A stretch of 64,000 bases of DNA from Candidatus Poribacteria bacterium (GCA_965222435.1 OZ244950.1:6688785-6752784); one strand, 5' to 3'; positions 10,501 through 19,884 are shown, counted from the stretch's first letter. The notes: generated from the sequence alone by a model not told the origin. Program-made: numbers and translations.

Positions 10501-11717
10501 TTTATTGCAGCGTTGTGGTCACGGTCTAACTGGAGACCACAATCTGGACAATCGTGTATTCTAATAGATAGCGACTTCTTGACAAGCGTATCACAACCTG
10601 AGCATTTCTGAGAGGTATACTTGGGATTCACTTTCTTCAACTGTTTGCCAGCGTTTGCAGCTTTGCTTTGCAGTATCAATTGAAAGTTTCCCCAACCCGC
10701 GTCAGAAATACTCTTAGCGAGGTGAGGGTTTTGCACCATGTTACGGATTTTCAAGTCCTCAACGGCAACTTCCTCACATTGTGAAAACAGCCGATGGGCC
10801 GTTTTGTAGTGGAAATCACGGCGTTGGTTGGCAATATGTTCATGTATTTTAGCAACAATTGCTCTTTGTTGTTGATAGCGCGTGCTTCCCTTATCACGAC
10901 GAGATAGTATCCGTTGGGCTTTACTGAGTTGTTTTTCTGATTCACGGAAGTGGCGGGGGTTATGAACCTTATCACCGTCAGAAGTGGTCAGAAATGATTC
11001 AAGACCAACATCAACACCGGTAGTTATTTGAACTTCAACCTCGGGTACCTCGGCAACCTTAACAGTGATATTCGCATACCAACCACTTGCCTTGCGTTGG
11101 ATAGTTAAATGCTTGATTTTTCCATTGGGGAGTGGACGGTGATAGCGGATAGCAACATGCCCCATTTTCGGCACCACTATCCGAGCCATACGATTACGGA
11201 TATTACGAATCAGTTGTTTAGACAAATGGCTAAAGGTCATTGAGCGGTAACGTCCCTTACCCTTAAAGCGTGGGAAGCCGGGGTCTTGACCTGCCTTGGC
11301 ACGTCGAAAGAACGCTTGATACGCTTTATCCAGACGGCGTAAGGTGTCTTGAAGCACGTCAATATGAATAGATGACCAGAAACAGGACTCTTGACGCAAG
11401 GGAGTTAGGTGATTGGCTTGTATCTTGTAACTCAAGGGTTCACCATGCTTTTCGTAGGCTTGTTTCCGCATAGCGAGAGCTTGGTTGTAAAGCGTTTGAC
11501 AGGCTCCAAGAATAGTCTCAAGCCTCTTACGTTGTTTAGTAGTCGGATAGATACGGTATTGGTATGTTTTAACCATCGCGATTCAACTTTCTGGTTCCGT
11601 AAGCACTCTTCCACGAAAGCCAATGCGATTGTATCCGATTCACACTGTTTATTCAACAAAAAAGAGGCGCAGTTTCCTCCCCGCTCTAAAGAACGGGATC
11701 TCCACTGCGAAGATTTG
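10358..11717 (-). mobile_element. IS200/IS605-family (IS1341-like, no intact tnpA) element 1
   Basis: Left-end hairpin GCAGTGGAGATCCCGTTCTTTAGAGCGGGGAGGAAACTGC, with TTCAT immediately 5' of the left end; right end CCGTCCTTCAGGGCGGGGTAGTTGAC; possible tnpA relic 'IGY...RVLT' at about 11580-11650. Confidence 0.85.
10359..11576 (-). CDS. tnpB: RNA-guided endonuclease TnpB
   Basis: HTH 'YQYRIYPT', 'GFPRFK', RuvC motifs GVDVG / VEDL / DRDHNAA, zinc finger CSGC..CPDC; catalytic D-E-D intact. Confidence 0.95.
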   Translation of the reverse strand: MVKTYQYRIYPTTKQRKRLETILGACQTLYNQALAMRKQAYEKHGEPLSYKIQANHLTPLRQESCFWSSIHIDVLQDTLRRLDKAYQAFFRRAKAGQDPGFPRFKGKGRYRSMTFSHLSKQLIRNIRNRMARIVVPKMGHVAIRYHRPLPNGKIKHLTIQRKASGWYANITVKVAEVPEVEVQITTGVDVGLESFLTTSDGDKVHNPRHFRESEKQLSKAQRILSRRDKGSTRYQQQRAIVAKIHEHIANQRRDFHYKTAHRLFSQCEEVAVEDLKIRNMVQNPHLAKSISDAGWGNFQLILQSKAANAGKQLKKVNPKYTSQKCSGCDTLVKKSLSIRIHDCPDCGLQLDRDHNAAINIKKAAIALRGGAVVANTPEKPVTERSAKPVSPRGRYHKHRPSGRGS

Positions 11718-11881
11718 ATGAAAAAGTGGACGGGGCGTAGCGCAATCTCTCATGCGTAATTATACCTCCTCCATGCTCCCGTTAGATCGAGCAGACTGAC
11801 AAATTCTGTAGACCTGCTGATGCCATTGTGCTATAATGGCTTTAGAGCATTCCACTGAAACACAGTAAGGAGGGGTCATTC

Positions 11882-12970
11882 ATGGCTGAACCCAAATATA
11901 CCGTTGCGATTATTGGTTGCGGACGCCTCGGTCAGCACTACGCGGAAGTGTATCAGACACTGCCCAATACCGAGTTAGTCGCCATTGTCGAACACAACCC
12001 AGAGCGGCGGCGCGCTGTCGGTGAACGTTTCGGCATCAAGGCACTTTACCCAGACGCGGAAGCGATGTATCGGGAAATTGTCCCCGACATTGCTGTTGTC
12101 GTTTTGCCCGGCAAGTACATAAAAGATGCGGTGATTGCAAGTGCTGAAGCGGGTGTCAAAGGCGTGTCCACCGACAAACCGATTGGGGCGTGTCTGGCAG
12201 ATGTCGATGAAATGGTAGATGTATGTGAGGAGCGCGGTGTGGTCTTTGCTGGCGGCAACCTCCAGCGCGCGCTTTCGGAGGTCCAAGAGGCAGCCGGTTG
12301 GCTCCGCGCTGGCAACTACGGCGAACTACGCGGCGCCTGCGTCCACCGCTGGGGCGGCGAGATATCGGGCGGTGGGTGTCAGCATATCGCCGTGCTACGA
12401 CTTCTAGCACAAGCAGAGATCACCGAGGTAATCGCTTGGGGCACACCCGAAGCAGCCCTCCAAAGCGACAACGACGACGGTTTGATCATCAACGGACAAT
12501 TTCAGCTGAGTAACGGCCTTATCTGCCCAGTTTTCGGCGAAGAGACCCCTTACCGAGGCGTTGACGTATGGACTGATGATACGCTCATTCGATGGGATTG
12601 GGCGCCCCCCGAAATCTACCGCGGCTTCGATCAGAACGGGGCACGGATCAGGGTGGAAACTTCCTACACACCGGTGCAATATCCCCGCTATACCTATATG
12701 GCAACGTCGATCATGTCCTTTCTCGACGTAGTGTCAAACGGAGGAGAGCTGGCTATATCCGGGCATGACCTACGGCAGTCCCTCGAAGCGGCGGTTGCTG
12801 CGAAGTATTCCGCCCTATGGGGCAGTGTCCCACTGAAGCTACCGCTGGAAGACCGCTCACTAACGCTCTATCCGAGGCCATACCGATGGCTCGGCGGTGA
12901 TCAGTCCGGACGACGGCAAACCTATCAGGAGGCGTTGTCGGACCCACTATTCCCTAAGTCTAGTGGCTAG
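11882..12970 (+). CDS. Gfo/Idh/MocA family oxidoreductase
   Basis: Rossmann 'VAIIGCGRLG' and 'DKP' in place of EKP; RBS AAGGAGG; extended -10 TGCTATAAT upstream. Confidence 0.85.
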   Translation: MAEPKYTVAIIGCGRLGQHYAEVYQTLPNTELVAIVEHNPERRRAVGERFGIKALYPDAEAMYREIVPDIAVVVLPGKYIKDAVIASAEAGVKGVSTDKPIGACLADVDEMVDVCEERGVVFAGGNLQRALSEVQEAAGWLRAGNYGELRGACVHRWGGEISGGGCQHIAVLRLLAQAEITEVIAWGTPEAALQSDNDDGLIINGQFQLSNGLICPVFGEETPYRGVDVWTDDTLIRWDWAPPEIYRGFDQNGARIRVETSYTPVQYPRYTYMATSIMSFLDVVSNGGELAISGHDLRQSLEAAVAAKYSALWGSVPLKLPLEDRSLTLYPRPYRWLGGDQSGRRQTYQEALSDPLFPKSSG

Positions 12971-13020
12971 CGGCTCGCACCCCGTATCGTGAGATCACGT
13001 CGGAAACTTCTGGCGCGGAT

Positions 13021-14229
13021 TTAATCGAACTGCTCTTTACTCTGGCGACACGCTTTGCCTTTGCCTCGAATAATGTCCTCACGGTGCCATGTGTGGATGG
13101 CGTGACAGATATAGTTGCTATCACCAAGCATCTGTCTCACACGGTCTTTTGTAAACCAATCGCAGTGACCGTTGGTGAATGATTTAGCCCCCAACGACGA
13201 ATCGGAGTAACCGTACACACGACAGATACCGTCTTCCTGTTCAACGTCCTCAATATAGGACATCCACGGAACCTCCAATTCGAGCCCCGTTTTTGTGAGA
13301 TCTTGCAGAGCAGCGATCCGTGCACCGACGTCCCAGCCGACCCCCTCTTCTTCTTCCCAGCCTTCTCCGCCGGGCAATTCCCAACGGTCGTTCTCATCGT
13401 CGTGCAGAAGCAGGTATTTCGATTCACCGCTAGACGGACATTCGATGAGCAAGCGTGTCGTCGTGATGGGCTTGTCGAAACAGACAGGGATCAGGCGTTT
13501 ACCTGCATCGCTCAGTGCGTCGAGAGCCTCGGAATTGTACGGATAGTAGCCTGCGGACGGAGGTGCGTTGACCGCACAATATTTATGGAAAATCCCGCAA
13601 CGGTCGTCCGTAGCCGTGCCAGCGGGTGCCCTATGCCACGTATGCTGGTTTGTGATCAGCAAGTCGCCTGCCTTGAGTTCCGGATCGATAAAGGGCGCGA
13701 GTTGCTTGGCATCGGGACGGGTGAAATCCAAGATATGCGCGTCCTCGTCGATAACCTGAGCCAACTTATGAGATCCGGGGGACACCATAAAGGGACCATA
13801 TACCTCATCGAAATCGGTCAGCGGAATGATAGCGAACACCCAGTTCATGGATGAGCCGACTGGACGCCAACGTTTGTAGTCACAGTGCCCTCCAGAGCCA
13901 CGATCGCCCGGACTCCGCAGGTAGGCAACGAAAGCGGTTAGATGCGCTGGCTGACCGAGCGCGCATTCAACAGCATTCACAACTGTCGGATGTTCAGCAA
14001 TGGAGGCAAGGCTTGATTCAGCCATCTTATTGCCGGCGATCGTATATTTCCCCGGTTCAGGATACTTCAGCGAAGCCGGGTAGGAATTGCATTGCGCTTG
14101 TTCTTGGACAATAGGACGAAATTTATCCACTTCTTCAGGAGACAGTACATTGCGAACAATCGCATAGCCGTTCTCATGGAAGTCAGCTATCTGTTGATCG
14201 TTGAGAATTGGAGTGTTAATGGTAGTCAT
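13021..14229 (-). CDS. PhyH-family Fe(II)/2OG dioxygenase fused to a C-terminal NUDIX-like domain
   Basis: 'FHENGYAIVRNVLS', HCD, 'SPGSH', 'LKAGDLL...WH'; C-terminal 'KYLLLHD..RWELPGG'; start set at ATG 14229. Confidence 0.75.
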   Translation of the reverse strand: MTTINTPILNDQQIADFHENGYAIVRNVLSPEEVDKFRPIVQEQAQCNSYPASLKYPEPGKYTIAGNKMAESSLASIAEHPTVVNAVECALGQPAHLTAFVAYLRSPGDRGSGGHCDYKRWRPVGSSMNWVFAIIPLTDFDEVYGPFMVSPGSHKLAQVIDEDAHILDFTRPDAKQLAPFIDPELKAGDLLITNQHTWHRAPAGTATDDRCGIFHKYCAVNAPPSAGYYPYNSEALDALSDAGKRLIPVCFDKPITTTRLLIECPSSGESKYLLLHDDENDRWELPGGEGWEEEEGVGWDVGARIAALQDLTKTGLELEVPWMSYIEDVEQEDGICRVYGYSDSSLGAKSFTNGHCDWFTKDRVRQMLGDSNYICHAIHTWHREDIIRGKGKACRQSKEQFD

Positions 14230-14316
14230 AATGGATAGCACCTCACAACAAAAAGTGGTGAAACAGTGTAGTGGCCTCTTTCGAGGGTAGTGACAGCACA
14301 ACCGCCTGCACCCTCG

Positions 14317-15192
14317 TTAGGCTGCCGCTGCTAAATCCCGATACTTCTCATAGAGTTGATAACAGTTCACAATTGGCACGTTCTCTTCCCGCGCCATCTC
14401 GATCAACCGTTCGATGTGCTTTAGCTCCGGATCGAAACGGTACACCGACCACGGATGCATCGCCGGCGAATAAACGAGATTATGCTCGATAGCGTACTGA
14501 AATTCTTTTTTTCGTGCTTGAAACCCCTCCTCTACCGTTGCAGGCAGTGTTTCCAGAATTGTTCCGTCCGCAAATCCGGGGGCAGGTTTCCAGCCATCGC
14601 TCTGGTGTCCCGTATTGAACAGTAGATTGCAATGCCAGCCAGTTACCGGTATTTCAAACAGTTCCGAGTATCCATCCTCAACGTACCAATACGGCTGGGT
14701 AAAAGGGGCGGGCATCGGCTGCTCCGGCGGTCCCACACCATCGGTAATAATGAACTGGTATCTCTGTTCCGATAGAATACCGAGCTGCTTTGGATGACCC
14801 TGTAGTCCTTTGTAAAAACCGCCGGGCGCGCAAAAACCGATTGGACCTGTCCCAAAATATCGCGCGATGAGATCTGATGTCTGCTCCAACTCTATGCTGA
14901 ACTGTCGAAGCACCGCGGGTTCGGTACTTGAGATTCCCATGTGGCTGTAGGTATGCGACGCTATGTCGAACAGTGGATTGTCTTTCAGTAAGCCAGCGAG
15001 ATCATCGCCTGCTCTTTCGAGCACTTTTCCCACGATACAAAAGGTTGCCGGCGCATCATACCGCCCCAAAACCCGCGTGATCTGTTCAACGCTAGCAAGG
15101 GTTTCCTCCAGCCAGATTTGCCAGTTCTCGTCGGATTCAATACTTGGGTGGAGCGCGTACGCACTTTCAACATCAAATCTAAGAATAAACAT
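14317..15192 (-). CDS. Polysaccharide deacetylase family protein
   Basis: 'RFDVE', 'ATFCIVG', 'IASHTYSH', 'GFCAPGG', 'MHPW'; start at ATG 15192 after GGAGG. Confidence 0.85.
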   Translation of the reverse strand: MFILRFDVESAYALHPSIESDENWQIWLEETLASVEQITRVLGRYDAPATFCIVGKVLERAGDDLAGLLKDNPLFDIASHTYSHMGISSTEPAVLRQFSIELEQTSDLIARYFGTGPIGFCAPGGFYKGLQGHPKQLGILSEQRYQFIITDGVGPPEQPMPAPFTQPYWYVEDGYSELFEIPVTGWHCNLLFNTGHQSDGWKPAPGFADGTILETLPATVEEGFQARKKEFQYAIEHNLVYSPAMHPWSVYRFDPELKHIERLIEMAREENVPIVNCYQLYEKYRDLAAAA

Positions 15193-15328
15193 ATCTCTTC
15201 CTCCGATACTTTCCCCAATTGTATCACGATTCCTCCAAAAATTAAACATAATATTTAAGCCGTTGTGTGTGATATGCGTCTCATTAAGAAACATTGAACG
15301 GCATTTCCAACCGATAAGGAGTCCCTCC

Positions 15329-16228
15329 ATGGCACCATGGAATTGTGTCCTAGAACTCAACACAGCACGCCATAAGGTGACGGGCAGCGAAAAAGCCCTC
15401 GCCGATGCCGTAAGACGTGGCTGTGATTTGCGGATCTACACCGAATTTATCCACAATGAGCACATTGATGTTACCTCTGACAGCACCGAGCGTATACGCG
15501 AAGTTGCCGAATTTGGCATCACCTACCTGCTTGAGGATTCTTGGGCAGCGGGCATAATGAGCCTACGTCAGCCCGTTTCGCTGCCTGACGGTTTCGGTCC
15601 CCGTGCGTCAATGTCGTTTTTCCTCTACAACCAGAACGGGCAGCAAGCGATTGCCCGCCCCCATCTTGACGAACAAGGGACAACGCAAGCCCCTAGTGCC
15701 CTGCACATTGACGACCATACAGATATGCCAAAATACCATCCACAAGATAGTTGGGATGGGCAGACCAATGCACCGAGCCAGAATTTTATCTACGATTTCG
15801 ATCTATATCGTTTCTACGTGCGGGACGAATGGCGCGAAGTGCTCTCACACGACGCCGAAGGTGCCGTCCAGTCCGGATCGATCCGCGCCCTAGCCGATGC
15901 CTTCTCACAAGGCTGCGAAGTGAAGGTCGGGGTTCGGGGTTTGTGTGCGGATTTGGCAGAAGACCCCACCACAGCGATAGGCCATGAGATGTTTGTGCAG
16001 ACCGGATCCTGCTACTACTATACAGCGCAGCAGCTTTTTATCGCCGGGACACACCCAACCATCCGTGTCAAGCCTGCCGTGCCCTTGGTATACACAAGTC
16101 GGGGTTGGGATTTTGGCTGGCTGATGGTGCGAACGGACGGGCTGGTCGTATACAGACGCTGCGATCCTTACACATTGGCGTTTGAAGATATTGAGGGCAA
16201 CTATGCTATGCGTTGGTTCGTACGCTAA
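15329..16228 (+). CDS. Conserved hypothetical protein with a two-fold internal repeat
   Basis: RBS AAGGAG; 'W..VL....GSEKALADAVRRGC' repeated as 'WREVL....GSIRALADAFSQGC'. Confidence 0.65.
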   Translation: MAPWNCVLELNTARHKVTGSEKALADAVRRGCDLRIYTEFIHNEHIDVTSDSTERIREVAEFGITYLLEDSWAAGIMSLRQPVSLPDGFGPRASMSFFLYNQNGQQAIARPHLDEQGTTQAPSALHIDDHTDMPKYHPQDSWDGQTNAPSQNFIYDFDLYRFYVRDEWREVLSHDAEGAVQSGSIRALADAFSQGCEVKVGVRGLCADLAEDPTTAIGHEMFVQTGSCYYYTAQQLFIAGTHPTIRVKPAVPLVYTSRGWDFGWLMVRTDGLVVYRRCDPYTLAFEDIEGNYAMRWFVR

Positions 16229-16333
16229 CATGAAGTGACAGAACGGTAATTCTGCGCTGAACAAGGGGGTTCCTTATCATAAAGCATCAGAAAAACATTC
16301 ACTTAAGGCATATTGGCGTATCATGGCATACTA

Positions 16334-17250
16334 ACCACTGGTGCTAGTATAATTTATGGGTCATGAGTCGTTTTCCTCACTAGTATCGTTAATCGGGGTA
16401 ACAAACCATCTCAATTAACGGGAGGAAAGCGAAACTCATGACCACGATAGATTTTATCACAGACTTGTTCTGTTGTGTAGATGATAAACTGACACAAGAC
16501 AATATAAATCACAAGCATACTCAAGCCAAACTGTATCCGTCTGAAGTTATTACGCTTGCGTTGCTTTTTTCGCTCAAAGGGGTAGGCAATCGTGCCTTTT
16601 ATCGGTGGATAGAAAGCAATTACACCGGGTTGTTCCCGCATTTACCAAAACGGACTCGCTTGTTCCGGCTTTTCAACAGCCATAGGCATCTGACCGATAT
16701 TTTCATGGCAACCCCGTCACTGATTGGCGTGATTGACACTTATGGTATTGAGTTGATTCACCCCCGTCGAGAAGGTCGGTCTGAGCGACAAATCGGCAAA
16801 AAAGGTATATCCAACCAACGATGGATTGTCGGAGGCAAACTGTGCATATTGGTCAACCATCTGGGGGAGATTGTCGATTGGGAGTGTGACACTGCCAATG
16901 TCTATGATGGTAGTCAGTTCCAACACATAGTTGAAGGCGTCAGTGACCAGATGGTTGTCTTTGCTGATGAAGGGTTTACCAAAGTGGACTGGTTCCCTGA
17001 CAACTTGCGTATCTGCAAACGCGGACAGTGGAACGACAGGATGGTGATAGAGACTATTTTATCTATGTTGACCCGCGTCTGCCATTTGAAGAAAGTCGGG
17101 CATCGGTGTTGGGACTATTTCAAGACACGACTTGCTTTCACAATGGCGATGTTTAATTTGCTAGTGCAATGGGACGGATTACCCGTTGATGACGATGGAT
17201 TTGTCCCTTTATCTATTGCACAATTTGCTCTCTAAACTAGCACCAAAGGT
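16334..17250 (+). mobile_element. IS982-family insertion sequence
   Basis: Terminal inverted repeats ACCACTGGTGCTAGT / ACTAGCACCAAAGGT, flanked by a 5-bp direct repeat TACTA (16329-16333 and 17251-17255). Confidence 0.85.
16438..17235 (+). CDS. IS982-family DDE transposase
   Basis: 'LFCCVDD', 'KLYPSEVITL', 'IDTYGI', 'ANVYD', 'ADEGF', 'R.VIET'. Confidence 0.85.
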   Translation: MTTIDFITDLFCCVDDKLTQDNINHKHTQAKLYPSEVITLALLFSLKGVGNRAFYRWIESNYTGLFPHLPKRTRLFRLFNSHRHLTDIFMATPSLIGVIDTYGIELIHPRREGRSERQIGKKGISNQRWIVGGKLCILVNHLGEIVDWECDTANVYDGSQFQHIVEGVSDQMVVFADEGFTKVDWFPDNLRICKRGQWNDRMVIETILSMLTRVCHLKKVGHRCWDYFKTRLAFTMAMFNLLVQWDGLPVDDDGFVPLSIAQFAL

Positions 17251-17309
17251 TACTATGGTATAATTACTTTGACTTTCCTATATTCTGATGGTGCTAAAGG
17301 AGACTGAAG

Positions 17310-17513
17310 ATGAATCAAACCTTAACAATCGAACAAATTATTAGTGCTATTAAACAAATGCCGCAGAAAGATAGGCGTATAATACTATCTGCGCTTGCAA
17401 ATACAGAAGATGCTGATATAGAAGTTTCAGTTCGCGACACGACTCATCTTTCTGAATCGGTCTTTATGCAAGTTTGGGATAATCCAGAGGATGCTGTCTA
17501 CGATGAGCTATGA
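17310..17513 (+). CDS. Small putative antitoxin of a MazF/PemK-type module
   Basis: 67 aa ending 'LSESVFMQVWDNPEDAVYDEL', a tail typical of antitoxins preceding PemK/MazF toxins; overlaps the start of the toxin relic. Confidence 0.6.
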   Translation: MNQTLTIEQIISAIKQMPQKDRRIILSALANTEDADIEVSVRDTTHLSESVFMQVWDNPEDAVYDEL

Positions 17514-17565
17514 ATGAGGTGACGTGGCTCTTGTTCGATTTCCTTTCACGGATTTAACAACAATA
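17503..17565 (+). pseudogene. PemK/MazF toxin relic (N-terminus only)
   Basis: Reads MSYE*GDVALVRFPFTDLTT (PemK-type GD(I/V)VLV.FPF(T/S)D) with an in-frame stop; breaks off just before a REP doublet. Confidence 0.7.
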
Positions 17566-17585
17566 GGAGTTAGCGCACTTGAGTT

Positions 17586-17643
17586 TGTGGTAGCGCGATT
17601 CATTGCGCGTCCAGACGGGCGATAAATCGCCCTACTACAAACC
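17586..17643. repeat. GTAG-type REP doublet
   Basis: GTAGCGCGATTCATTGCGCG and inverted CGGGCGATAAATCGCCCTAC; relatives at 25087-25110, 27181-27208 and 41276-41305. Confidence 0.75.
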
Positions 17644-17696
17644 TAAGACCTTAGAGCCGGTTTGAAAAGTCATTTTGGGTAAAGTGATTTGCCATG

Positions 17697-17925
17697 AAAC
17701 CGAGTTTTTTCTTCAAAACTCGGTTTCTTCCCTAATCCACTATTCAACCGTATATTCTCACTATAATTGAGGAAACCGTGTCAGGTCAATGGTAAGTGCT
17801 TGGTATCGTAGCCCATTGACCAACGCGGGTTGAAAACCCCAAACCATACGGGTTGAGTTGATTGACAGCAGTTCAAAATCGTCTATGATGTATGACCAAA
17901 GGGTTGGGAAACCCAACCCCTACAA
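17697..17925. repeat. Cluster of short palindromic REP-like repeats
   Basis: GAAACCGAGTTTTTTCTTCAAAACTCGGTTTC and AGGGTTGGGAAACCCAACCCCTAC hairpins in non-coding DNA. Confidence 0.55.
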
Positions 17926-18056
17926 AGGACCATGTGTTTGTGCACGCCTCTCGACTATCTGATTGCGATGAAATGTCAACAGAACCTAGTTAAAGCACTA
18001 GGATTAACAACTATCAATACACTTCCGTAAGAAATTCCAAAACACACTAAAAAGTA

Positions 18057-18085
18057 TTGACAAATTACCCATCAATCTGTATACT
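18057..18085 (+). promoter_or_regulatory. sigma70-type promoter for the IPT/LysM lipoprotein operon
   Basis: TTGACA-17 nt-TATACT. Confidence 0.75.
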
Positions 18086-18288
18086 AGAGGGAGTTATTGC
18101 CTAATTTATCTTTCGTGTTAAGAGTTTTGAATTTCAGCTCATACTACAATGTCATCCCCCACGCAGTGAAAGTCCTCACAACGGCGAGATTCTTCGTCTC
18201 AATGAGAATGATAGCCTGAGTCTTGACTGCCCCCAGCATTTCAATAAATGACTTGATATTGTAGTCCAAACGTTCAGGAGAATGACCT

Positions 18289-19194
18289 ATGAAAACACTC
18301 AGAAATATCTCAACAGTTATCGCATTTGCATTTATATTGGCAGGGATCTCCGGATGCAGTGGCTGCAATCCGCCCCCTGAACCGGCAAGCTTCAGCCCAA
18401 TGGAAGGTCCCGAAACCGGTGGGACAACCATCCGAATTGCGGGCGACAAGTTCGATATGAAAAATGGTGTTACGGTAAAAGTGGGTGGGAAGAATGCTAC
18501 CAGCGTAAATGTCCCCAGTAAAATGGAGATTACGGCAGTGACACCGTCGGGGATGGCAGGCGAATCGGTTTCAGTTGTTGTCACCAACAACGGCAACACG
18601 AAACCGGAGGGCACTGTCACAATGAGCCAGCAGTTCGCCTACACCGACGCAACCGCCCCAACAATCACGGGTGTCAGTCCTGCAGATGGAACGGTCATAT
18701 CGGAGTATGAAGATTCATTGAGTGTGAGTGTTCCTATATCAGTCACCTTCAGTGAAGATGTCGATAGTGCAGCTGGCTCTTTAACCGTTTCCGTTGAGTC
18801 AACACCGGATTCGGGTACACAACAATCTGGCGAGATCGCTGGCACTGTTTCTGGCAGCGGAAACACAATTATGTTTACTCCCAACGAACCGTATCGGTCA
18901 GGGCGTATGTACACTGTCAACATATCAGGTGTCAAAGACACCGCCGCTGCTGGTAATACCCTTGCATCGGGCAGCACCTTTAGCTTTACAATCGCTTCCC
19001 CGGAGAAGGTCAGCCGATACCTCGTGAAGGAAGGGGATACGCTTCCAATAATTGCTTCACGTCCGGAAGTATATGACGATGCCGAACTTTGGCCCCGACT
19101 TGCCGAAGCAAATCAGGACGATTACGATTTCGATCGTGCGCGGCTCTATCCAGGGCGGCAATGGTTATGGGTGCCGCGTGGATCTGCGTGGTAA
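18289..19194 (+). CDS. Lipoprotein with IPT/TIG, Ig-like (Big_5) and LysM domains
   Basis: Lipobox 'ISGC'; 'SFSP.EGPETGGTTIRIAG'; 'DATAPTITGVSPADG...ISVTFSE'; 'YLVKEGDTL..IA....YDDAELWP.LAEAN'. Confidence 0.8.
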   Translation: MKTLRNISTVIAFAFILAGISGCSGCNPPPEPASFSPMEGPETGGTTIRIAGDKFDMKNGVTVKVGGKNATSVNVPSKMEITAVTPSGMAGESVSVVVTNNGNTKPEGTVTMSQQFAYTDATAPTITGVSPADGTVISEYEDSLSVSVPISVTFSEDVDSAAGSLTVSVESTPDSGTQQSGEIAGTVSGSGNTIMFTPNEPYRSGRMYTVNISGVKDTAAAGNTLASGSTFSFTIASPEKVSRYLVKEGDTLPIIASRPEVYDDAELWPRLAEANQDDYDFDRARLYPGRQWLWVPRGSAW

Positions 19195-19230
19195 GACTAA
19201 TCTGTCATCTTGACGAAATGGGAGGCTATC

Positions 19231-19767
19231 ATGAAACTTCATTTTCACGCTGTGCTGGTAGTTTCACTTGCAGCCATGTTTTTGGCGGGGTGCAGCGTTC
19301 GCACAGTACCTCTTGAAGAGGAACGGATGGTCTATGAAGATGAGTATTACCGAGGATATGATAGCTTCCCGCCAAGTTTCGTCTATGACGCTTGGCAGCT
19401 GTCTCAGTATCGTCAATATTACGGCGATGCGTCTGAATTGGGCTATCGAATGAATATCGATCCAAATCCGAATGATAGCTACCGTGCAGATGAGACGCCC
19501 CTTCAACGTGCCCCCGCTCGAACGTCAATCCAAGGGACAACTCCGAATCGCCGCGTTGGTGAACGTCAGGATCGAACCCCAACTCAACGGACAATCAACC
19601 GAAGCCGGCACACTCGCTCGAATCGTATAGCGGCTGAATCCGCAGATAGCAGGAACCGCCTACGGAGGCAATTGGAACAACGTCACCGCCAACGGACGAC
19701 AAACAGGGTGGAGGATGAAGACCGGGAGGCTCAACGCCGAACCACCCGTCGCCGTGCTAGACGGTAG
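19231..19767 (+). CDS. Hypothetical lipoprotein with an Arg-rich disordered tail
   Basis: RBS GGGAGG; lipobox 'LAGC'; basic C-terminal half. Confidence 0.65.
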   Translation: MKLHFHAVLVVSLAAMFLAGCSVRTVPLEEERMVYEDEYYRGYDSFPPSFVYDAWQLSQYRQYYGDASELGYRMNIDPNPNDSYRADETPLQRAPARTSIQGTTPNRRVGERQDRTPTQRTINRSRHTRSNRIAAESADSRNRLRRQLEQRHRQRTTNRVEDEDREAQRRTTRRRARR

Positions 19768-19800
19768 ATTTCCCAAATTTTGAAAGAAGTTCATGCAATT

Positions 19801-19840
19801 AAAAAAGCCATGTAGAATATTCTACATGGCTTTTTTATTT
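19801..19840. terminator. Bidirectional rho-independent terminator
   Basis: AAAAAAGCCATGTAGAA-TA-TTCTACATGGCTTTTTT, a perfect palindrome between convergent genes. Confidence 0.85.
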
Positions 19841-19861
19841 TTAGGACTTACGCAGCCAACT

Positions 19862-19884
19862 GTAGGCGGGGCATCTTGCCCCGC
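19862..19884. repeat. GTAG-type REP at the left edge of the defence island
   Basis: GTAGGCGGGGCATCTTGCCCCGC; near-identical copy at 48045-48068. Confidence 0.7.

Noticed and set aside
14963-15363. Apparent 400-bp overlap of two divergent genes in the ORF track
   Set aside because: RBS-supported starts at 15192 (minus) and 15329 (plus) remove the overlap.
17570-17960. Run of short palindromes that could be mistaken for a CRISPR array
   Set aside because: The units differ from each other, spacing is irregular and no cas genes are present; better explained as mixed REP/MITE debris.
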